Shown here piece after piece: positions 52,191 through 64,000 of a DNA stretch of 64,000 nt (the first letter of the stretch is position 1; each line of letters opens with the position of its first letter). The stretch covers positions 20,772,001 to 20,836,000 of the forward strand of contig CM119372.1 of assembly GCA_051294905.1 (NCBI GenBank). Reading direction: 5' to 3'. The position numbers and the translations under genes are program-made. Under the pieces are notes generated by a model. That model saw only the letters and a list, made by a program, of their open reading frames with translations, made no database searches and was not told where the DNA came from. The DNA is from Botryllus schlosseri. Its lineage: Eukaryota.

Positions 52191-53563
52191 TCGTCTGGAT
52201 CTGTAGCGCTTAGGATACGTTGTGTATACACAGAGAGGGATTGCAGTGACGAAATTGCTTCAGTCGAGTAACGGGCGATGTCGATTTCACACGCGTTCCA
52301 AAGTACATCTTGTGAGAATGATGTACCATCTCCCCCGTATATTCTCGGCACGACATCGGGTCATTTGGCTGCACTAAGGTGGGTAGACCCCGACAGGGAC
52401 GGTCGAGTGGGGCCGATTTTATCATGTGATGGTAGCTTGGGTCGCTTTAACTATTCACCAATAGATGTTTACACAGCCCCGTATTCACGTAATAGCCCGC
52501 GCAATGCCATCATAGGGTCATTTTTCGACTTGAGTACCTACATACCCGACTTTCGTAAACTAGCCCCGCATTTTGCGTAGTTCGCAGTGTGTTTTTAAGA
52601 TTATGAGCCAACAAGGGAGCAAATTGACAAGGTGCATTTGGTCGAAGGGAGGGTATATCTGGGAAAAGAAGGGCATATCCTCCCCTAAATGAGGCCGTAT
52701 GGTAACCCTATTGAAATAGGGATGTCGACGGTGACATAAAATACATTGCACTGTGTTGCTGTCAACCCGAAAACGCGAGTTTTTCCAAACAGGCGGATTG
52801 ATGACTGACATCGATTGTGTCACGCTCGATTGATCACAGGTGATTTGCGTACATCACACCACATCGAAATTGGAAGCGTACCAACGACAAGTCATGAGAG
52901 TTGTTGGCGGGTAAAGTTGTTATCGTTGTGTGATTTTGCCAATGCTCCTTGCGGTGCCAAATCTAATTACACCAATAACACCAGCACAGACAAACAGAAG
53001 TCCGCCAATGAATCGATACAAAGTTTCGCTGTACGCAAATTAATGTACAACGACACTCCCCTTACAGCAGAACTGTTTTGTCTGGACGGGGGTGGTCACG
53101 ATTCGTTTCCGGACCCTGCACAGATTTCATCAGTTTTGGTTAAACCCGGGCTGGATGCGGCCAAGTGTCTTTGAGAGTCGGATTTCTGCTACATTTTACC
53201 AGCCTAATACATGGAAATACCAGGACTTTACGTGCCAGTCGGATTTTTTGGACATTGATTTTGCAACCCTATAGTTGCAGTGGATTCCGATTTCGAAATC
53301 TCCCACTCTACTTTACACCTCACCGAAAGCAGGCTATAGATCGCATCACGTATGATCTGTCACAATTCATTCCCATTATTGCACCACCGAGCGCGTTTCA
53401 GCCAAATAAGGGCAGTCCACTGATCCCCGATAAAGCGAGCTACCCCGATTCGTCACTGTACAATTGAATCTGACATCGTACTCTCAGTTACCTAGTTCGA
53501 ACGGGAAATGCGAGGCTCGAAGGTGTGACGCAGCAATTCTCTGACGGTAACACCTCGCCGATT

Positions 53564-53845
53564 CAATATATCCGTAGTATGATGCTGCAAATATGCTCGG
53601 CGGTGTTGGCATAACATGTGTTGAGGATATGTTACGGCACACGTGAGCACAACTGATTGTTTGCAGCGAAATTAGTCGAATTCGAACGACAGTGCGTGGC
53701 TGCCGAAGCAATATATCCTTGGTATGATATTGTAAATATGCTTGGAGGTGTTGGTATAACAATTGTTGAGGATATGTTACGGTGCACGCGAACACAACTG
53801 ATTGTCTATAGCGAAATGAGTCGCTCTCGAGCGACAAGTGCGTGG
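53564..53845. repeat. Two-copy ~145-bp tandem duplication
   Basis: caatatatcc..aaatatgct..ggtgttgg..gttgaggatatgttacgg..caactgattgt..agtgcgtgg starts at 53564 and again at 53709. Confidence 0.85.
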
Positions 53846-54658
53846 TGAGCTCGCGATCGATATATATATCGTACATACGGGTAAAGCATTAGTTCGCCAA
53901 CTGATCGATTCAAGTTGTACATCATGTACATTATACAGCATACAAAAATAATATGCCGCGGTAAATTGTATATCATTTACAGACACCGGCATGATTATGC
54001 TTGACCAGACGTGAAGAGTAAAAGAACCCATCATAAATACATTGTTTGCTTGGGACTGTCTGTCCTATATGAAGACGCTAGAAAGCGGTAAAGGTGTGGA
54101 ACAGCAGTTGTTGCTTGCACCAATTACTAGGTACGTAATATCGGAAATTAACACGTTGATGCGAGTCAAATTGAGAATGAGGTATTTCTTTGATTACTTA
54201 TTATATTCTAAATGTTACTTTATTTAAGTTAATCTATGATGTTCGTGGGAAAATGTAATAAATACTATCAAATACGGGGGAAAATATAATAAATAATACA
54301 CAAGTCTCGTGTCCAGAGGTCAGGCGAGGTAGAATCAGGAGTGGAAAAGTAGAAGTAGAATGACTCCAGTCTGAGTACAAAGGTCAATCCAGATTCTTTG
54401 TTCGTTTTCTCTCAGTCAATCCCCCTTTTTTAATTGCCGCACAGTCAGAAGGGAAATCCCCTCGAGTATTGCTGCAAAATTGATAATGAGCTAATTCTTT
54501 CACTGTTTATTATCTTGATAATGTTTGTTTGTTTTTTATAAATCGCGAATGAGGGGATTCCGCCCATTTATCTAACTACTAGTTACAATTACAAATTACA
54601 ATTGATCCAACTCTGACAGGGACACTGCGTGTATATGACTTTATGCATTTATATATTA

Positions 54659-55607
54659 TAGGGTTATCATATTTTGAAAATGCGAAAAGAGAACACTTTT
54701 TCAAAATTTTCAGAGTAAAAACCGGGAAAATGGTAAATTTTTCCCGACTTTGTGGTCGGTCGACTAAAAAAATGAAATTTTTCTGGCTCAAATACCGGAA
54801 ATCACGTCGGAGCGTTGCTTGGCCGCTGATTTCCTATATCTCAGTCCAATTTCCACGTGCAGGAAAGGAAAGGACGTAATTTATTTTTGTCCTTGATGTA
54901 TTTGCGGCATTTACACCTACTCATGATCTACATAGGCCTATAGGCCTACACACGATCTGTGCATACTGCATATGCATACCATGAGCGCGTGATGTGCATA
55001 TGCCGCTGGACAAGGAAGAAGGAAGATGCAGATATAGCCTTTTAAGACTTTCTAAGTCTTGCATCAACCCTCCATGCCATCCCAGTAATGCACGAGCGCC
55101 AAGCAGGGAAGTCATGGATACCAGTGTTACTAATCAGGTCTTTGGTCTGACCCGGCCGGGGATCAAGAAGCCGGACGCTTCACCAGAAAAAGACCCGACG
55201 AAAGAAAGCACTCATAAGGAATGGAAAGAACTAGAAAGGGCCATGACTTCAGAAAAGATCAAATCGAAAAGAACTGTTACATCGGACACTCTAGGGCTAG
55301 GCCGAGGTGAATGTCAGTCTAAAGAGGATCGCAACTGCGTTTCATTCGATATTCTCCTATCTGTTCATTACATCGCATTTTGTCTTATCGCATTGTACAT
55401 TTTGTGTGACTTGTTCAGATGAAAATTATAACCAAACGATTATTATTGATCTTGTCGGTAAATGCAAAAAGAAATTCTCAAAAAAGAAGACAAGTTCCCC
55501 AAAAAGAGGACACTTAGGAGTCCTCCGAGGACACTTTGAAAAAAGTAAAAAAAAAGAGGACAAATCCTCTTAAAAGATGACGTAGACGTATGGTAATGGT
55601 AACCCTA
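54659..55607. mobile_element. TAGGGTTACCAT-family MITE, opposite orientation, with SINE insertion
   Basis: TAGGGTTATCAT/ATGGTAACCCTA; TSD ATATATTA/CTATATTA. Confidence 0.75.
54960..55175 (-). mobile_element. MetaSINE-like SINE fragment
   Basis: gagcgccaagcagggaag..tacc..gtctttggtctgacccggccggggatc resembles, from memory, the reverse complement of the Meta core next to a tRNA-derived head. Confidence 0.55.
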
Positions 55608-55656
55608 CTATATTAGAAATAGCCATTACCACGGATATCCGTGATGTCACTAAAAC

Positions 55657-56231
55657 TATAGATTACTAACCTACGGATAGATACGCAGGTCCCGTCGTTA
55701 CGCTCCGGCAAGCAGTTACACTTGTTGCTGAGCAATCTAAAAGCAGCATAATTGGTGGTGTTATAGTTCGCGACCCGAGGGCTGAAATTTAATGAAACTG
55801 GTCTTAATCGAGAGCTACTGCCGCACTGATTCCAAAAATACAAATTAAAATCTTGACGGGGATATGGAACCACCTCAAAACAGCCCTCAAAATCCGAAAA
55901 TCGGCATTGTTCCAACAATGGCACCACCGCAACACGATGAACGTAACAATTGCAATTTCATCAAGCGATTGTTCAGAACAATGCCGATTTTCATATTTCA
56001 AGGGATGTTTTGACGTGGTTCCCTTTCCCCGACAAGATTTTAATTTGTATTCTCAGAATCAGTGCGACAATAGCTCTCAATTAAGACCAGTTTCATTAAA
56101 TTTCACCCCTCGGGTCGCAAGTTATAACATCACCAAATATGCTGCTTTTAGATTGCTCAGCAACAAGTGTAACTGCTTGCCGGAGCGTAACGACGGGACC
56201 TGCGTATCTATCTGTAGGTTAGTAATCTATA
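55657..56231. mobile_element. Fully palindromic MITE with TATAG termini
   Basis: TATAGATTACTAACC../..GGTTAGTAATCTATA with ~270-bp arms; flanking direct repeat CTAAAAC. Confidence 0.85.
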
Positions 56232-56380
56232 CTAAAACACGATGACGAGCTCATACAGTAACTGATAGAGATTTTTTTTTAATTATTCGAGGCACTCAAT
56301 AAATTTATCATCGTCTCAGGACTTCCGGATTTTCTCGCAATGACCACTGCGGTGGACTGACAGCACTGAGCTATAGAAAC

Positions 56381-56970
56381 TATAGAAATTAAACATGGAA
56401 CGGCAACGACCGATTTTGCAGCTTCGTTCCGCTTCGCAGAGGCTGGAGAGGAGAATTGTTTTGCGTAAGCGAATGTAGGATTTCTGGCGACCCAAAAGCT
56501 ATCTCCCCGAGCGCAGAAATTATTGAATCTGGTCTTGATCGAAAGCTACTGTTGCACTGATTCCAAAAATATAAATTTAAATAATGACCAGGCACTGATC
56601 CACCTAGAATCTGTCCTCCAAGTCTGAAATATCGGCATTGTTCAGAACAATCGGGTAACCGCAACACAATGACCATAACAATGACCCGTTGCGACTCTCC
56701 GATTGTTCGAACAATGCCGATATTTCGACTTGGAGGACGGATTCTAGGTGGATCAGTGCCTGATCATTATTATACTTTATATTTTCGGAATCGGTGCAGC
56801 AGTGGCTTTCGATCAAGACCATATTCAATAATTTCTGTGCTCGGGAAGATGGCTTTTGGATTGCCAGAAATCCTACAGTCGCTTACGCAAAACCACTCTC
56901 CACTCCAGCCCCGGCGAAGCGGAACGAAGCTGCAAAATCGGTCGTTGTCGTTCCATGTTTAATTTCTATA
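56381..56970. mobile_element. Fully palindromic MITE with TATAG termini
   Basis: TATAGAAATTAAACATGGAACG../..CGTTCCATGTTTAATTTCTATA with ~285-bp arms; perfect TSD ATAGAAAC. Confidence 0.9.
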
Positions 56971-57618
56971 ATAGAAACACTCGTAGAGCCATATACGCAT
57001 TCATGCAGAACGCCCACGTTCGGTGCAAAAGCTCGGCGCGATCTATAGACGAATTTAGCGAATAAGATATGGTTTGTAAAGTTGAAAAGAGAGGAAGCTA
57101 TATTCATCAGCGCTCGCCGCTCTGTATTTGAGTCCCGAAAGTATAGGATTCTGCATCAAAGGTTGCGGTTGCTAAATATCTGGCGTGAAGTATATATGTG
57201 ATCTTATTCACTTGAAATTGTAACGACGAATTCTAATTCATATAATTCGAAGTTGGAATCTCACAAATAATACGGTACGGTATACGATACCGTTATCGTG
57301 TTGGCGAAATTTGTTGACCACTTCGGGGAAATATAGTTCAGTTGAGCTCAGAATTCTCATCTCTTTTGCCGTACCACTGGCGTTATTGTGAGACGTGGGG
57401 CAGTCAGGCCTGAGGTGAACCATAGTTATGAAATTGGACTGATGATTTTATGACTTGTGGTGGTGTGTCATTATTTCAGGTCAATCCATAACGGTCTTGA
57501 GGTTAGCTTATGAATTGAATAACAAGGTGTTCATTTTTCTTATTAGCAAATGTAAAATTTTTACTCCTAAACCAAAAATTATTGTGTGATCTGTCATCTG
57601 CGGAAACTCCGGGGAAGG

Positions 57619-60600
57619 ATGTCACTGATTTGCTCGAGTAAGTAGCCTATATGTCAAATATGCATAATATATTCATTATTTGGTTATTCAAGATTTCATA
57701 TCTGATGATTGTTATGAACTACGAAGCCAGACTTGGATTGGCTTATATACCAATGTTATATGTCTGTGGTCATTGTGTGGTGTCTATAATCTCAAATCAG
57801 ATGATTGCATTGATGGAAAAGTGATTAAACCAATTAACCTCAGTTTTACAACATATCAAAATTTGGTTATCACTCCGGATCACACCACTGGAAGATTTCA
57901 TAGTATTTTAATAAAATCATGTTTGTCTTCTATTCCAGTATCTGGTGAGGTGCCTGAAAACCCTTGCATCTCACACGTTTCCGGATGTATTTTTGAGCGC
58001 AGACTGCTGGAGAAGTACATTCAGGAACATGGTACGGACCCTACCACTGGCGACGCAATGACTCCGGACCAGATCACAGAAATCAAGGTTAGTGACCTCC
58101 TTTCTTGGCAAGAGCTGAAAACCCCGACACCACATAATCTGTCGCCATTTGATTTCCGTATTGTTCTGTGCGAGCAGTATTGGGCTACCGGTACTAGCGA
58201 TGTAATTGATTAGGCCTACCACTATACAATTACTTTGGAGATACATGATTATTGTTATTATTTGATTACAGCAAAACCTAGAAGTTTTGGATGTCCATTT
58301 CGATTACATGAAAATGTATTGACCATTGCATTATTTCAAGTCCTTGAAATGGAGCCTAGAACACATGTTCCAAAACAATACATCCATTACGGAGATTGAA
58401 GCTCATTTTTGACTGTCAATGATACATTACATTATTCCATGTTCAGTTCATGCCATAGACCCTTTAAAACTCAGATTTTGTCCTGTTCATTACCTAAAAA
58501 GTTGAGTGATTGTCCGGTAAATGCAAAACAACCGATTACGATTAGTTTTTTTTCAGGTGTAAGCAATTTGATAACTTTTTTAAAATTCTGTAGCCTAAAC
58601 GTCAGTATCACTTGCAATCTCATGTCTGTTCTGTGAACTGTAACTATACCTGCAGAATCTTGTGTTACATGTAATGTACGTACGAACTGTCCACTAATGA
58701 TGTAAACAAAATCAGCTCGGCAGTAACTCCGGTGTCCAGCGTGTGGTTGATTCAAAACTACCGTCGTTGAACTGTGATTATGATCAGAAAAAAAATTATT
58801 ACATATTTTTACTCAAATAATAATACAGTAATGGATATTAAATTGCACTGTGGAATAAATCCGTCCGGGTAATCAAGGCCTATATAATTTACTTTTTGAT
58901 AATCTGGGCTTCATGAAATATAACGCAGTGCTTCATAAATGCAGGCTAACACAGTGATCAAACCGAAACCACCGTCCGCCACCAGCATCCCGGCTATTTT
59001 GAAGTCGTTGCAAGATGAATGGGACGCCTGCATGCTGAATTCGTACACGCTCCGACAGCAGCTGCAAACCACCAGACAAGGTTACTTCATAACTTTCATT
59101 TCCTTCTTTAGTACCGATCGGCCGCTTGTCAATAACGACTCTTCCGTGCCAATGCTGCAGTCAAGACCAGGTACATGGAGTCGGTTCACTTTATAACCGA
59201 CTCCGGTCATTTCATTTCAATATATCTCGACTCTGACTCTGACCAAAATTCCTGTTTATCTACTCGGAAAATTATACATTATTACAATTTTTAGTTCGTT
59301 CCCAAGTGAATCGACCTATTTTTTAATTAAAAAAATTGCCCTCATCAACAGAAATGAAGTTTGTGAAGGTCCGCCTTCATGAAAAACTCAACTTTGTAAC
59401 TGCAGCACTTTTTAGTAACATTTAGTTTGATTTTATAGTAGTTGGAGTCCGAGTCCGAGTCAGACATTCTAATAAACTCCGACTCCAGCCAGTATGTGCT
59501 TCCCCAAATTACAATTTTCTCGTTAAGACGCACCTCTATATTTTAGAACTTGCTCACGCCTTGTATCAGCACGACGCTGCATGCAGGGTAATCGCAAGGC
59601 TTACAAAAGAAGCCACCGCTGCCCGCGAGGCCTTGGCTACCCTCAAGCCCCAGGCTGGCATTGTACCAAATGTTCCAGTTGCCGCTGCGCAACCGATGGC
59701 CGTCGATGTCAAGGTGGAGGATGATGGTAAGTTGGGTAGGAACCTAGTGGGGGGTTGTTGCTTGGTGTTTAACCGTCATTGTCTTTGTAGGCGAACCGAT
59801 CGGCATTTCGGAGGACGTGATTCAAACCTTGTTGGACAAGGCTCACGTGCTTACCAGCGAGAGGAAGAAACGAGGAAAGCGTGTGCCTGATGGTCTTGCC
59901 AGCAGCGACGACATTAGGAATTACAAACAAGTGAAGTGAAGCTAGTCGATTTCAATCGTATTTTGCACCGATACTTTACGCTAGGGGTTATTAAACTGGG
60001 GTTCACCAACCAGTTTTACGGGTTCAGTGAAAGGTTAATCTTGAAACTACAATCGTAAACTATCAAACTGCATTGTCCTTCATAAGATATGTGCTTATTT
60101 TTTAATTCATATTTACTGTGACAAGCATAGCTTTTCCCCTAGTGCATGTGTGGATGAGGCGTCGTTGGCGGAAAGGATGACCTATTTTGCAGTCATGAAC
60201 ATCCCAAATTTTTGTGAGTCCAATGAATTGAGGGGTCTGTGCTCCAAAAAATTTAGGAACATCTGCCGTAGGCCTATTTTTAAGTAAGGCTGGGTAAAAT
60301 TGAGTACCTGAGTGGCTGAATGATTCGATTATTTTCTCAAGTTATAAACTGCATTTGATGTAGATTGCAGACATTTAAGGCTATCTTACGTTAAAGTTTT
60401 CGTGACAGGATTTGTGCTTCATAAGTTGACGAGGACTCTATCAAGCATTGTGTTTTTCTGGGACAAGATAAGGAACTTTGTTGTAATCGTAAAAACTCGA
60501 CATGAACGTCACCAGCCGTTCAAAATTGGCATGCTGTTGATGACCTAGATATCCTGTTTTGCGTTCCAATGATATTGTTAAATACTAATAGTAACATGCA

Positions 60601-63600
60601 GTATCCAGCCAGTCTCTACTGTTACGGCTCGACAACTCTACCGTTTATAATGTGATATGGTCTCTCTCAATGGATCGGATATATTTCCAACCGTCCCATC
60701 TCGACCAATTCCGATGCTTGTTTTTTGCAGGTTGCATCTCACCCGGGACTGCACTCCGCCTCTGTGCCCGGAATATTATGCCTCGATCTTTGTGCGGCTG
60801 ACAATAACAGGTACGCGTCACTGGATAGCTATATAATCACACGATAGACACCCATCAAGCAAGGACGCTCTACTTTGTTGTACCTGAACTCACAGCCCCG
60901 TAACTAACTCTTCGTAATCTAAACTTGCCGGTTTGCTTTCGACGGCCCTTGTGGTAGAAAACATCTCCCCAACCCCTTGAGCGATACCCCATGTCCTGAC
61001 TGATTCACCGACTGATTAAATAATGCCGTTTTCGTTTCACGCCGCAGAGTTATCACGGGCGGAGCTGACAAGACAGCGGTGGTCTTCGACAAGTCCACGG
61101 AGCAGGTGATCAGCACTCTCAAGGGTCATACCAGGAAAGTGACGCGCGTCATTTACCATCCTACCGAGGTCAGTCACCGCAAATTGTTCCTTTGCAGTTA
61201 GTCAGCTTGTGTTCCCATCACGCCGATAGACGGGGTCAAAGTAGTTATCGTTGGTACTGGACTAGTAAGTAAGTAAGAAAGTATTCTAGGCCCAGTAAAA
61301 AAATACGTATTGTAGGCCTATACTAGACTGAAAACTGTCAAGAGGATGTAGAAGTAGCCTAAAATCGTAACTACTCGAGTGCAAAGCTACTGGACTACTC
61401 TAAAAAGCGGAAGTACTTCTTACTGACTGTCTCTTCGTAATGACAGGACGTCGCCTTCACATGCTCTCCTGACTCTACCATCCGTATCTGGTCTGTTCAA
61501 AACGGAAAGTGCTCCACCATCATCAAAGCGCACAAGGACAGCGTTACGGGTGAGATCACGGCATTACGACACTATGCCGCCAGCGAACTAATCGTAATTC
61601 TCGTTCAGGCATCAGCTTGCACGCCCTCGGAGATTACCTGCTCAGCTGCAGCGAGGACCAGTACTGGGCTTTCAGCGACATCCGCACCGGCAAGACCCTT
61701 TGCAGGGTGACCGACGAAATCGGAAGCGGTACGATGTGTCTCGGTCGGGTCCGGTTGTGTGTCTCTTTAACCTGTTCTCTGTGCTGTTGCAGCTTTAACT
61801 TGCGCGCAGTTCCATCCGGACGGCTTGATTTTCGGCACCGGGACTCAAGACAGTCAAATCAAGATTTGGGATTTGAAGGTTTGTATGGGTGTTTGGCCAA
61901 TTGATTGTGGTCTGTGGCCTTGCTAATCATGTTTCGTCGCTAATCCTTTCAAAAGTTGGCCTGGGCAAAATCGAGTATCTGGGTGATCCGATTCTGTGTT
62001 GTGTATATATCTTCAAGTCGAGTAATAGGAGTACCGTCTGTTATGGCATGGCATCTGGCAACAGTAATGATGACTTGTGGGTTCAAAATTGTATCTTTTT
62101 TGCGGCCGCTAGGAAACCAGTTACACCCCATCCTGTATGATTTGGTATGTCTGGACCATGGCTATTTCGTAGCGCTTGTGGGGGTCGATCACATGACAGA
62201 GCTGTCGTTCCATGACTATTAGTAGACTTGTCCGATATGTTTTTCAAGGCTGAACTATGATCATGAACACTGAACAATCAGTTCTTCGAGGCTTTAGCAG
62301 TAGAAATACAAAATAATAATAATAAATAATTAATAATAATAATAAATAATAAATAAATAGATAGCCCTGCCCATAAAGCTGTTTCGGAACTGGATTGTAC
62401 GTTCAGTTCTGTAAATCCCGTCTGAAACACTTGCTGGATTAGAAAGTTTCGTTAGTCAGCATGCTAGACTTCTGCAAAGCAATGGCGTCTACTGAATTGT
62501 GAATCTCCTATATACAGTGTGTTTGGTAGATTTCTTATTTAGATTCTCAGGGTGACATTGACATGTGAAATTGTGAATAGCTGGTCATTCTGAAGAGAGC
62601 TTTCGATCCGGCACTGATGTTTTGTTGCGTCTACTTTCAGTAAGCGAAAGATGTTTTCATGGACGTATGCCCGCAAAAAGTAATACTTTCGAGAAATGTA
62701 TCATTGACAAGTTTGAACTGCGAATGTGTTGCAGATTTCTCTTTTTAGCGAATCCTGCTTGTAGCCGACTTACACCACGAGACGCTGTCGACGTATGAAT
62801 TTCATGAGCGGTTTTTTATTCCTCTTCCTGTGCAGGAGCGTGCAAACGTCGCCAATTTCCCGGGACATTCGGGACCGATCACGGACATCGCGTTCTCTGA
62901 AAATGGATACTACCTGGCGACGGCGGCGGACGATTCGATGGTCAAGCTTTGGGATTTGAGGAAATTGAGGAATTTCAAAACCCTCACCATGGACGATAGA
63001 CACGAGGTACAAGCTGGTTTGAAATGGGATGTTCATTTCAGGAAATGCATTCATACTTAATGCGGTCAATCCTGATTTGATGTTTTTATCCTCTGCAGCT
63101 ACACAGAATTTATATTCCGCTCAATTACAAGTAGAAGTAGTCATTTCAGAGGCATGTTCAAACTTCTTCAAGTAGAAGCGGAAAATGCAGGTTTCAAAAA
63201 CTAAAGTAGGTTCGAAGAGTAAATTCGGTTGAGGGGTCGTGTGACTGCTGTGACGCTACAAATAATTACAAATATATTCATATTCATGATATGGCAACTG
63301 TAATTGTTTCACTCTTATATCCCAAAACATTCTAGCGTATTAGATCCAAAGTGTTGTAAGCAAAAGTTGTAGCAGTCTGAGAACTTGACCGCCGGGGTAG
63401 GCAGTTCAAGTGGGTAATCTTACTTGGGTACCAGATGTGGTCAAAGTAGTTCTTGTTGGTATTAGAGTAGAAGTAGCAATTTTCAAGTATGTAATTCAAT
63501 AATAATATTTTTCGACTATTTGTCTAGAAAACTGAAGTACTGGAAAACTGAAGTAGAATTGGAAGTAATCTAAAATCTTAATTACTTGAGTTAGCATTGC

Positions 63601-64000
63601 AAAAGACAAAAGCTACTCGAGTACTCCAAAAAGTAGACGCACTTGGTTGCTGACGCTCACCACCTCTGAGTAGAATTATGGCGATCTAAATTCTACACGA
63701 GCAGAATACGGTAGCGATTTTCGAGTAAGTAGAAAACGTGAAAATGCATTTTAGGCCTAATTTTGTTAAAAAAAACTGAAGTGTGAAGTAGAAATGAAAA
63801 TATTCTTGATAATAACCACTTGAGTGAGTAGTGCAAGTTCGCAAAACCTGCAAGAAAAGTAGAGTACCTCGCTGCCGATGGCATTGTCCAGCACTCTGAA
63901 AAAATAGAGGTTCTTTGTTACTGAACGCCCTTTGGAACCGTTTCAGATCAAGTCTCTGACTTTCGACAAGTCCGGCTCGTACCTGGCGGTCGCTGGCTCG
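57619..64000 (+). CDS. PRPF19: Pre-mRNA-processing factor 19 (U-box, coiled coil, WD40), 3' end beyond the window; exons 57619-57637, 57939-58087, 58945-59080, 59547-59726, 59791-59930, 60731-60810, 61048-61168, 61447-61549, 61609-61728, 61793-61878, 62836-63006, 63947->64000
   Basis: Spliced translation [126 protein letters not shown] matches Prp19 as I know it. All GT-AG junctions are phase-consistent. Confidence 0.97.

Larger units (their letters stand above)
47782..54615. mobile_element. 6.8-kb composite element with (ATTACA)n subtermini
   Basis: 16-bp TIR CAGAGTTGGATCAATT/AATTGATCCAACTCTG; perfect TSD ACAGGGAC. Confidence 0.8.

Noticed and set aside
57238..57423. Possible first exon of a gene divergent from PRPF19
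   Set aside because: 61-aa ORF with no recognisable motif and no downstream exons identified.
60525..60600. Candidate intronic C/D snoRNA in PRPF19 (TGATGA with terminal GCATG/CATGC stem)
   Set aside because: No canonical CTGA D box next to the 3' stem.

Overview
Repeat-rich animal genomic DNA with GT-AG introns and a MetaSINE-like repeat. An invertebrate deuterostome such as an ascidian is my guess, not something the sequence proves. Three + strand genes are supported: (1) a six-exon C2H2 zinc-finger gene, CDS about 7133-26308, ~725 aa, five fingers; (2) an intronless 820-aa ORF (35081-37543) with a GlnD/DUF294-type Pol-beta nucleotidyltransferase domain, a helical substrate-binding-like domain and a TPR-like C-terminus, the most interesting feature here; (3) PRPF19/Prp19, from 57619 to beyond the window end. 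The rest is dense in non-autonomous DNA transposons with 8-bp TSDs, many nested. Notable ones are two different elements in tandem at the same 8-bp target (with an empty copy of that site elsewhere in the window), a 6.8-kb composite element carrying unidentified cargo, and a 3.2-kb foldback element with ~1.1-kb TIRs. Also present are fully palindromic MITEs and tRNA-derived SINEs. No transposase gene was recognised. Gene models were spliced by eye and no database search was run.
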